This document shows positions 57,390 through 64,000 of a DNA stretch of 64,000 bases, in pieces. Numbering within the stretch: position 1 is the stretch's first letter; each line of letters opens with the position of its first letter. Under the pieces are notes generated by a model, which did no database searches, was not told where the DNA came from, and saw only the letters and a program-made list of their open reading frames with translations. Source of the stretch: a virus (lineage: Duplodnaviria > Caudoviricetes); the IMG/VR virus record IMGVR_UViG_3300023174_000048, positions 138,295-202,294 of that record, one strand, 5' to 3'. Position numbers and translations under genes: made by a program.

Positions 57390-59414
57390 TTATCTATAAA
57401 TTCCTGTATATACGTCATCATTTGCTCCGTTAACGAACCATTCTGGTCCTTTATACATATTTCCGTTATTTTTAACTGAATCCTTAGCATTGGCTCCTAT
57501 TATATCATAATCAACTGGTTTTAAGGCTTTATTAAGTTGTCTAGCTAACATATTTGCTATTATTAAAGAACTATATCGGTCTTTTCTTAGTCTTCCTTTT
57601 TTACCATGGCCAAGCTTAGTTTCTGGGGTATCCCATCGATCTCTAGCATTTGGGCCTTGACTAGTTTGTGACATAACTATTGTTGTCAATTCATTTTTTA
57701 ATTCTTCTATTTCTAAAATACATTCACTTACGCTATCATATAAGGGATTAAGATCTGCTTCTAATATACTCTTGCCTTCTCTTTCAATAGCTAGTCCCAA
57801 GGTTAAATTATCAAATGCTGGAAATAATAACGCTTTATCCTCTAGGTCTTTTCTTAAACCGTGGTTAGCTTGACTTGTCCATTCTGCTTTTGCAAACTGA
57901 ATCAATTCTAAAATATGTAATCCTGGCTGATCGTCTGTGTCTTTGCTTTTATCATCTATTGTCGGCCAAATTAAAACCTCTCCCTCTTCGAGCTTATTTG
58001 GGTCGTGTAGTGATTCTTCAATAGCGACACCACCACCTTGAGCATCCATTCCTATTTTAATTGGCTTAAAGGTTTTCATTAGATTTCTAATTTTACGAGT
58101 ACAGAAACCATAGAAATCATGTTCCGTTATTAATCCAGTTTTTTGACGCTCTTTAAAATTAGCTCTATTAGTAGTCCAGCAATACACGATCTTGGAATGC
58201 GTAGGATTTACTTCTAATATAACTATACTAAAATTATCTTGTTCACTCGCAGGATCGATACCATATACATATTCTTTATTAGCATCTCCTCTTGTGATAG
58301 CATCAAACATTACAGGTTTTCCATCAATCAAAATTTGAGTATTTGATACCACACAGCTTTCAATTAAACTTCGTCTAAAGAATCCTTCGCTATCTTTCAC
58401 AAAACAAGCGGCATACTCCATATTATAGATACCAGTATGTATGGTAGCCTTAGCACGACTTACTTGCTTGTCATCCATAAATCCTTTTGGAATAAGCTCA
58501 TAAGGAATACGAATGATACTATAGTCTTTCCAATTAAAGCTATCAGGAACTTCTCCTTTAAATATATCTTCAAGTTTTCTCTTTTCTCCTTTGCTTTCTA
58601 TTATTGCTTTGTATCTTTTCCAATAACTAGCAAAGTGTTTAAAATCATAATCTGCTGTTCCACTAATTATTGCTTGATTACCCATTTTAGTATTTAGTAC
58701 TTCAAGTTCTTCATTCCATATTCCTGCTTCAATCATTGCTTGTTTTTTAGCTTCTTCTTTAACATTTTGAATAGGGCTGGCAGATACCGCAGCGAATCCA
58801 GACACTACTGTTTCATAAATATCTGACGATATAGATGCAAATTCGTCAGCAATAATAATGTGTGCGCGTAAACCTCTGATCTTGCTTCCATCTCCCATGG
58901 GAATAGCAATTGTCCAACTGTCTCCTAATCTTATAGTACATCTATCAACATCTCGTCGCGGACCATCATCATTACCATTAAAAATACTTCTTAATATAGG
59001 ACTACTACGCCAAATAGTTTCCATATATTCAAAGATGATTTTACTTTGACGAAACGCAGCACCAACTACTACAATTTTAGTACCAGGACAAAATGTGCAT
59101 TTTATAACACAATATAAAGCTAATAGGAATGACTTACCCCAACCGCGACTAGCGATATACATTGGAAATGGTCGTATCCAAAACTCTTGTAATATTAAAA
59201 TTTGCATAGGATGTAATTCAATATTGAATAAAAGCTTCACCATGCTTCCAATATACTTTGGATCTTTTAAAACTTTCATTAAATGCAAATCAGGAAGTTC
59301 AATATCTCTCTCTGATCTATTAATCATCACATTCTTTGTTAATTTTATTTTATTTATATCGCCCAGATCTAACCAAGCATCATCAAATGATATTCTATTT
59401 TTAGATTCACTCAT
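57390..59414 (-). CDS. terL: Terminase large subunit
   Basis: Walker A SRGWGKS, RGLRAHIIIADEF (Walker B), and nuclease-domain YGIDPA and KDRYSS. Confidence 0.9.
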   Translation of the reverse strand: MSESKNRISFDDAWLDLGDINKIKLTKNVMINRSERDIELPDLHLMKVLKDPKYIGSMVKLLFNIELHPMQILILQEFWIRPFPMYIASRGWGKSFLLALYCVIKCTFCPGTKIVVVGAAFRQSKIIFEYMETIWRSSPILRSIFNGNDDGPRRDVDRCTIRLGDSWTIAIPMGDGSKIRGLRAHIIIADEFASISSDIYETVVSGFAAVSASPIQNVKEEAKKQAMIEAGIWNEELEVLNTKMGNQAIISGTADYDFKHFASYWKRYKAIIESKGEKRKLEDIFKGEVPDSFNWKDYSIIRIPYELIPKGFMDDKQVSRAKATIHTGIYNMEYAACFVKDSEGFFRRSLIESCVVSNTQILIDGKPVMFDAITRGDANKEYVYGIDPASEQDNFSIVILEVNPTHSKIVYCWTTNRANFKERQKTGLITEHDFYGFCTRKIRNLMKTFKPIKIGMDAQGGGVAIEESLHDPNKLEEGEVLIWPTIDDKSKDTDDQPGLHILELIQFAKAEWTSQANHGLRKDLEDKALLFPAFDNLTLGLAIEREGKSILEADLNPLYDSVSECILEIEELKNELTTIVMSQTSQGPNARDRWDTPETKLGHGKKGRLRKDRYSSLIIANMLARQLNKALKPVDYDIIGANAKDSVKNNGNMYKGPEWFVNGANDDVYTGIYR

Positions 59415-59892
59415 CTGACTTTTTTACCATTTCTACATAATGTATTTTTTTTAGAATAAACTCTGCTATTTTTTCTGCACTATTAGCATTGCCACAAAAT
59501 ATAACTTTAATATTATGGTTTAGTTGTAGCTCTAAAATATGCTTAATAAGAAATGCTGGAGTGATTTTAACTTTGTCCCACATTCTTTTGGGTACGGTAC
59601 TTCTTTCTGGATATACTAATAGATCTTCAAGATCAAATTCTAATAATAAAAATGAATATTTAAATTGGCTCAAGCGCATCACAACATCTTTGAATCTACT
59701 CTCAACAATATTTGTTGCAAATTCACTGGAACTTTTTTTTCTTTCGATGGTTAGTATATGCTCCAAGCCTTCAATACTATAGTCTCCAGTATCTAGCTTC
59801 TTATGAGCCTTAGCGTAATTATCAAAGATCCACGGTTGTTGTTCTCGTGTATCTACTATAATGGTAAAATTATTATAAGTATTATTTATCAT
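59407..59892 (-). CDS. ERCC4 (XPF/Mus81-type) nuclease domain protein
   Basis: IIVDTREQ..LDTGDYS..IERKKS..RFKD motif order. Confidence 0.85.
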   Translation of the reverse strand: MINNTYNNFTIIVDTREQQPWIFDNYAKAHKKLDTGDYSIEGLEHILTIERKKSSSEFATNIVESRFKDVVMRLSQFKYSFLLLEFDLEDLLVYPERSTVPKRMWDKVKITPAFLIKHILELQLNHNIKVIFCGNANSAEKIAEFILKKIHYVEMVKKSDE

Positions 59893-60157
59893 ATTTTTTA
59901 TTCTGTTTTATAATATTGTAAAAAACGGCCTCATAATAAGTTTCTACACCAGTAATCATTTTATGATGATCTTTGCATAAGGTTATTCCATTATCAACTT
60001 CGAATCGTAGTCCCGGACAATCTGCCCAGCGACGAATATGATGAGCATTCAATTTTTTCTTACTAGAACATCCTGGCCACTGACAAGTATGGTGGTCTCT
60101 TGCATAAATTTTGTTTCTCCATTTTTTATATTCTGGATCATTAAAATTCCTAACCAT
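59882..60157 (-). CDS. HNH endonuclease
   Basis: RDHHTCQWPGC..LNAHHI..NGITLCKDHH. Start moved to MVRNF. Confidence 0.85.
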   Translation of the reverse strand: MVRNFNDPEYKKWRNKIYARDHHTCQWPGCSSKKKLNAHHIRRWADCPGLRFEVDNGITLCKDHHKMITGVETYYEAVFYNIIKQNKKYDK

Positions 60158-61148
60158 GACCACATAGTTCAATATCAGAACTAACCATATCATGAACTAG
60201 TTGTTGAAATGTAATTTTAGGAATCCAATTTAGAACCTTTTTAGCTTTACTACAATCCCCTTTAAGATATTCAACTTCAGCCGGTCTATAAAGAGACGGA
60301 TCAATTATCACATAGTCCCTATAATCTTTATTAACAAAGGAAAATGATTCTATTAAGAAGTTTTCAACACTTTGGCATTGTCCGGTACTTATAACAAAAT
60401 CATCAGCTTTATCTTGAGATAACATTAATCTCATAGCTTCAACATAATCTTTAGCATGTCCCCAGTCTCTTACTGCATTAATATTTCCAAGTTTTAGTTT
60501 TTCGTTAGGTTCTAGTTTGTTATTAACTAGTCGCCCAATATATTTGGTTATTTTTCGCGTAACAAAGTTTTCGCCACGACGAGGACTTTCATGATTAAAT
60601 AGTATGCCGCTACAAGCATATAAATTATAAGCTTCCCTATATATTTGAACCATTCGGTGACTAGCAAGTTTGGCTACAGCGTATGGACTTTGTGGTAAAA
60701 GGGATGTTTCTTCGTTTTGATATTTATTACCATCAGAGTCAATTGAATAATTTCGCCCAAACATTTCGCTGGTACTTGCTTGATAAAATCGTGTTGTGCT
60801 GCTAAATTTTCTAATATTTTCTAAGATGTTAATTACTCCCACAGCATCAATTTCAAATGTGGTGGTTGGCTGTTTAAAACTTGTGGCCACATGACTCTGG
60901 GCCGCCAGATTATAAAATTCTTTGGGGCGATGCTTGGTTATCATATCTGTACAGTCACTAGGATCAGTAAGATCAAATTCTTCCAGTATCAATCGTGGAT
61001 GATTAACTATGTTTTTAATACGTTCAAAATTCACTGAACTGGTTCGTCGGTATAATCCAACAACTCCGTATCCTTTTTGTAAAAGACTTTCTGCCAGATA
61101 ACTTCCGTCTTGGCCAGTTATGCCCGTAATAATTGCTGTTTTACTCAT
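60150..61148 (-). CDS. gmd: GDP-mannose 4,6-dehydratase
   Basis: GITGQDGSYLAE, NLAAQSHV, FYQASTSEMFG, SPYAVAK, GILFNHESPRRGENFVTRKI and RDWGHAKDYV. Start moved to MSKTA. Confidence 0.95.
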   Translation of the reverse strand: MSKTAIITGITGQDGSYLAESLLQKGYGVVGLYRRTSSVNFERIKNIVNHPRLILEEFDLTDPSDCTDMITKHRPKEFYNLAAQSHVATSFKQPTTTFEIDAVGVINILENIRKFSSTTRFYQASTSEMFGRNYSIDSDGNKYQNEETSLLPQSPYAVAKLASHRMVQIYREAYNLYACSGILFNHESPRRGENFVTRKITKYIGRLVNNKLEPNEKLKLGNINAVRDWGHAKDYVEAMRLMLSQDKADDFVISTGQCQSVENFLIESFSFVNKDYRDYVIIDPSLYRPAEVEYLKGDCSKAKKVLNWIPKITFQQLVHDMVSSDIELCGHG

Positions 61149-61962
61149 TGTTATTAACACTCTCTGAGTTTAAGAATGGTTTGTCTACTGTGCCGTCCTG
61201 ATAATTATGATAATCATAAAGTTTCTGCTTAACCTTCCCTGCTGCCATGCTGAGAATCTCCATTTCTCGTCCTTCTTTTTCTCTTATCTCTTCATCCTCT
61301 AGCATTCGTATTAGTCCTGTCCAACTGCTTTTTCCATCTTCAATTCTTTTGATTCGTTGCTCTCTGGTGGCCTTAAGATCTTTGCTTATTTTTTGCTGTT
61401 CGTTAAGCAATTTGGTATATTCATTAGTATAATTTGCGATACTATTTCTTGCAAAGCTGAGTTGAGTTTCCAAGTTGGCTAATTTGGGTATGTCTCTTTC
61501 AACTTCTGGTTTAGCATAAATTTCATCCACCATTCGTTGAAGCTTTTCAGTTTCGCTAATGTGACGTTTTCGCTCTTTCATGCTTCGGTTAATAAGAATA
61601 TCAATAGTTATAAACTGTTTGATCTGAAGTTCTTCGGCCGGAAGAACGTCTTCTCTAAACTGCTTGACCAGATTAATCCATGTGCTTTCAAAGTATTCTA
61701 ATTCGCCGCTATCACTATCAAACTGACGAGTAATTTCTGGCCAAAACGTTTTAGTATGAAGTTTCTGGCTAAGTATCTGATTATCATTACTGCTATTAAT
61801 AACAGACAATTGATTTTCATTAACATATCGTTGTACTGGACCAACTGTTCTATTAAGATAGTCAGCAATTTGTTGCAGGGAGGACGATGTGTAATTATCT
61901 CTTATGTATTTTTCTTCATCAAGGCTTAGTTGTCCTCTTTTTCTGGGAGCATTGTTTTCCAA
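61141..61962 (-). CDS. DNA-binding coiled-coil protein, candidate terminase small subunit
   Basis: TTG start with GGAGG SD, N-terminal HTH-like EEKYIRDNY..IADYLNRT and a long coiled coil, upstream of TerL. The TerS call rests on position only. Confidence 0.45.
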   Translation of the reverse strand: MENNAPRKRGQLSLDEEKYIRDNYTSSSLQQIADYLNRTVGPVQRYVNENQLSVINSSNDNQILSQKLHTKTFWPEITRQFDSDSGELEYFESTWINLVKQFREDVLPAEELQIKQFITIDILINRSMKERKRHISETEKLQRMVDEIYAKPEVERDIPKLANLETQLSFARNSIANYTNEYTKLLNEQQKISKDLKATREQRIKRIEDGKSSWTGLIRMLEDEEIREKEGREMEILSMAAGKVKQKLYDYHNYQDGTVDKPFLNSESVNNNE

Positions 61963-62585
61963 TTGTTGTCCTCCATTAGTTTAGTGATATGATTTTGAAG
62001 TTTTTTAAGATCACCCTTATTTATTTTGAGGCCGTGTTTGAGTTTTAAATAAATTTCTCTATATTCGGTCTGAATATTAGAGTCTAAGAATTTAATTAGT
62101 TCTTTATTTTCTAATAGTGGCTCAATAGTTGTTGACGGCGAAAATGATGTGTTACTTTCAATGTATCCTGGTTGAATAATATTCTTTTTGGCCTCATTTC
62201 TTTTTGCCCATGCTGCATATAATTCACAGTCATCTTTATTGGTAAATTTTTCACATTGATTAATACTAACCTTGCAACCTTTGTCGAAGAAAGGACAAGA
62301 GTGACAGGGTTTGTCGGGCCTTTGATAGTTATTTCTTTTATAATTAAAGAGACGATTACGAACATGGGTCCAAAGGAAGTTTTCTAACGGTCTTTTTTTG
62401 TCATAATTTTTAAGACCTTCCAATGCAAAAATAGCAGCTTGTTGCTTCATATCATCTACGCTATGGTAGGCGAATCTGAATTTATGGGCTAATCTTTTGC
62501 TAATATTTTCTAATACTAATAGAAATTCTTCTGTGCTAACGCCATTTGGTAATTCAGTCGGATTTGTTGTCTTTTTCTTGGTCAT
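61926..62585 (-). CDS. Phage sigma-70-like factor with a Cys-rich insert
   Basis: Region-2-like DDMKQQAAIFALEGLKNYD..LENFLWTHVRNRLFNYKR, Cys cluster at 62226..62306 and a degenerate C-terminal region 4. Confidence 0.7.
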   Translation of the reverse strand: MTKKKTTNPTELPNGVSTEEFLLVLENISKRLAHKFRFAYHSVDDMKQQAAIFALEGLKNYDKKRPLENFLWTHVRNRLFNYKRNNYQRPDKPCHSCPFFDKGCKVSINQCEKFTNKDDCELYAAWAKRNEAKKNIIQPGYIESNTSFSPSTTIEPLLENKELIKFLDSNIQTEYREIYLKLKHGLKINKGDLKKLQNHITKLMEDNNWKTMLPEKEDN

Positions 62586-62718
62586 GTAATAGTTCTGCTA
62601 TGCTCTTTCCGTTGTCTAATAATAAATCATTAATAATATCGTCATTAATAGATCCAGAGGCTCTAACGAATAATACGCTATCAGCAACAGTGTCTGGTTC
62701 AAAATTGTGATCTATCAT
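62554..62718 (-). CDS. Unlisted 54-aa acidic ORF (MIDHNFEPDTVADSVLFVRASGSINDDIINDLLLDNGKSIAELLHDQEKDNKSD)
   Basis: Translated by hand. AAGGA SD upstream; overlaps the sigma start; below the ORF track cutoff. Confidence 0.5.
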   Translation of the reverse strand: MIDHNFEPDTVADSVLFVRASGSINDDIINDLLLDNGKSIAELLHDQEKDNKSD

Positions 62719-62751
62719 ATTTTTTTCCTTGCTCTAAACTGATCAAACCTT

Positions 62752-62782
62752 ATTATAGTATGTTTTGGAGCGAGATTGTCAA
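62752..62782 (-). promoter_or_regulatory. Host sigma70-type promoter for the sigma/packaging operon
   Basis: TTGACA (62777..62782), with TACTAT at 16-nt spacing or TATAAT at 19-nt spacing. Confidence 0.55.
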
Positions 62783-62806
62783 CAAATTAAAAGATAGGAG
62801 CGATTT

Positions 62807-63043
62807 ATGGCCAACTATAAAAAGTGGACAAATGCGGAACTAGACTATATTAACAATAATCATACTCTATTATGTGATGAAGGACTAGCATCATCATTGA
62901 GCAAGATGACGGGCGAAACTATTAGTACAGCAATGGTAAGACGCCAACGAAGAAAGTTGGCATTGAAGAAGAGCAGGGGCCGTCCAAAGAAGATTAAGGA
63001 AATTAATAGCTCAAAAGATACTACAGCTACTGCTATTAGTTGA
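62807..63043 (+). CDS. Small HTH-like protein with AT-hook-like RGRP
   Basis: AGGAG SD; KKWTNAELDYI..LASSL..ISTAMVRRQRRKL..KSRGRPKK. Confidence 0.6.
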   Translation: MANYKKWTNAELDYINNNHTLLCDEGLASSLSKMTGETISTAMVRRQRRKLALKKSRGRPKKIKEINSSKDTTATAIS

Positions 63044-63074
63044 AATTTAGCAGATAAATAATTGAAGGGCGGAA

Positions 63075-63120
63075 CAGCGGTCACGATTAATAACTTTTAG
63101 TCGTGGCCGTTGTTGTTTTA
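63075..63120 (+). terminator. Intrinsic terminator after 62807..63043
   Basis: 16-bp stem CAGCGGUCACGAUUAA/UUAGUCGUGGCCGUUG (3 G.U pairs, valid only on the + strand), 6-nt loop, then UUGUUUUA. Confidence 0.65.
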
Positions 63121-63180
63121 TGGGGGTTGGCCGTTATAATAAGGTGACATGAAGTCAAAAATACCTTTAGGAGATTAATC

Positions 63181-63486
63181 ATGAAAATTTTTATGCTGTT
63201 AGTTTGTGGATTGTTTTGTTGTGCTGGAAATAACATTTATGGATGTGAATGGATAAGAGCAAGAAATGTTCAGCCAGTTTATGTTCCTGTTCAGCAGTTT
63301 CAACCAGCAATATCATGGTCTTATGTTCAACAAAATTCTATTAGCTATGTTCCAACAGTGGTTTATCAGCCTGTAGTAAATACTAAAATAGTACCTGTTC
63401 AAACAGTAATTTATCCGGTTTATCCAGTTTATAGTCCTGTTCCGACTGCTCCTTATTTCTATGGATATAATGTTTATAGATACTAG
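63181..63486 (+). CDS. Secreted V/P/Y/Q-rich small protein
   Basis: AGGAG SD, TATAAT at 63135..63140, hydrophobic signal-like N-terminus and low-complexity VYP/PVY repeats. Confidence 0.6.
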   Translation: MKIFMLLVCGLFCCAGNNIYGCEWIRARNVQPVYVPVQQFQPAISWSYVQQNSISYVPTVVYQPVVNTKIVPVQTVIYPVYPVYSPVPTAPYFYGYNVYRY

Positions 63487-63494
63487 GGGAATTC

Positions 63495-63699
63495 GGCTAA
63501 TATATAGTAAGTAATCTGTAGATAAATAAAAGATGGTGCAGGGTTGACTGTTAATTGGTGGAAACTGGCCAATTGTAATATGTCCGGCCAATTATTTTTT
63601 AGAACAGGTGTCTTAGGGTCATTGTTGATGCTTGTATCAGTATAAAAAATTATTTGTGAAAGATTATTATGGGGAAACTGGCTAATAAACTGGCCAATT
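63495..63699 (+). repeat. Five GGC(C/T)AAT(T/A) direct repeats
   Basis: At 63495, 63567, 63586, 63680 and 63692; three are extended to AAACTGGCYAAT. Confidence 0.55.
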
Positions 63700-63920
63700 A
63701 CGTATGGTGGTCCTTATTGTTTTTGCACCACCCGCGAGGTACGGCGATTTTCTAAACCCCTTGATATAAAACGAAAAAACCCCCTCTTGCCCTAAAGTGT
63801 TGTGGCGTAAGACTTTACGACGAGTTATGGCCGCAAAAGTTGTCATAAACTCTTATGGGATAAGGACTTACGTTAAATGACCCTAGCAAATGCTATGCCA
63901 AAAAATAAAGAATAATATAT

Positions 63921-63983
63921 TCTCTAAAAAAAATAAAAAAAATAAAAGATTTCGCTTGCAACCTAAAGGTATGCCTGTATAAT
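63921..63983 (+). promoter_or_regulatory. Strong sigma70-type promoter with A-tract UP element
   Basis: TTGCAA at 63956..63961, 16-nt spacer, TATAAT at 63978..63983 and A-tracts upstream. Points out of the window. Confidence 0.65.
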
Positions 63984-64000
63984 GTCGATATAAGAAGTAA

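Noticed and set aside
57390-59414. Intein or intron in TerL
   Set aside because: No C/S...HN splice motifs or LAGLIDADG blocks were recognised. The ATPase and nuclease motifs are in normal order in one ORF.
231-63591. Many short plus-strand ORFs (e.g. 2123..2650, 26461..26814, 53586..54101) and nested minus-strand ORFs (13358, 14669, 20816, 49832, 62860, 63313)
   Set aside because: They lie wholly inside long, motif-bearing ORFs on the opposite strand or frame, lack SD sites and recognisable motifs, and look like shadow ORFs.
63852-63878. dif/Xer-like site (..ATAA GGAC TTACGTTAAAT)
   Set aside because: The XerD-like arm is suggestive, but the spacer is 4 nt rather than 6 and the XerC arm does not match.
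63487-63900. CRISPR array or tRNA in the right-end non-coding region
   Set aside because: The repeats are only 8-12 nt with irregular spacing, and no cloverleaf or T-loop (GTTCRA) context was found.
1-64000. Stop-codon reassignment, as seen in some large phages
   Set aside because: Standard-code ORFs are long, tightly packed and often overlap at start/stop codons, including a 16.7-kb ORF, so there is no sign of recoding.

Overview
This AT-rich window is the morphogenesis (late) region of a large tailed dsDNA phage. Almost all genes are on the minus strand. In transcription order (right to left) they are: a sigma-70-like factor, a putative TerS, gmd, HNH and ERCC4 nucleases, TerL, portal, prohead protease/scaffold, a decoration protein and the major capsid protein. 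These are followed by an ~18 kb cluster of fibre/decoration genes, head-tail connectors, a tail tube (no sheath gene, so probably siphovirus-like), tail chaperones, a 5565-aa tape measure protein (TMP) and tail-tip proteins. The main discovery candidate is the TMP. Besides the normal TP901-type core it carries a string of apparent enzyme domains separated by a recurring (F/Y)AxGG motif: a thermonuclease, two HExxH metallopeptidases, a P-loop kinase fused to an HxGH nucleotidyltransferase (NadR/NMNAT-like), a PD-(D/E)xK nuclease and an ADP-ribosyltransferase. This suggests a ruler protein that also delivers effectors into the host. Other highlights are a circularly permuted FGE/C-type-lectin domain in a tail-tip protein, a conserved RGTGTAW motif upstream of late genes, a sigma factor with a Cys-cluster insert, an internally duplicated tail tube protein and a 'DGG tail / KR..GEL head' pattern linking consecutive fibre genes. 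All domain calls come from motif recognition by eye, with no database searches. No tRNA, rRNA, CRISPR array, integrase or reverse transcriptase was recognised.
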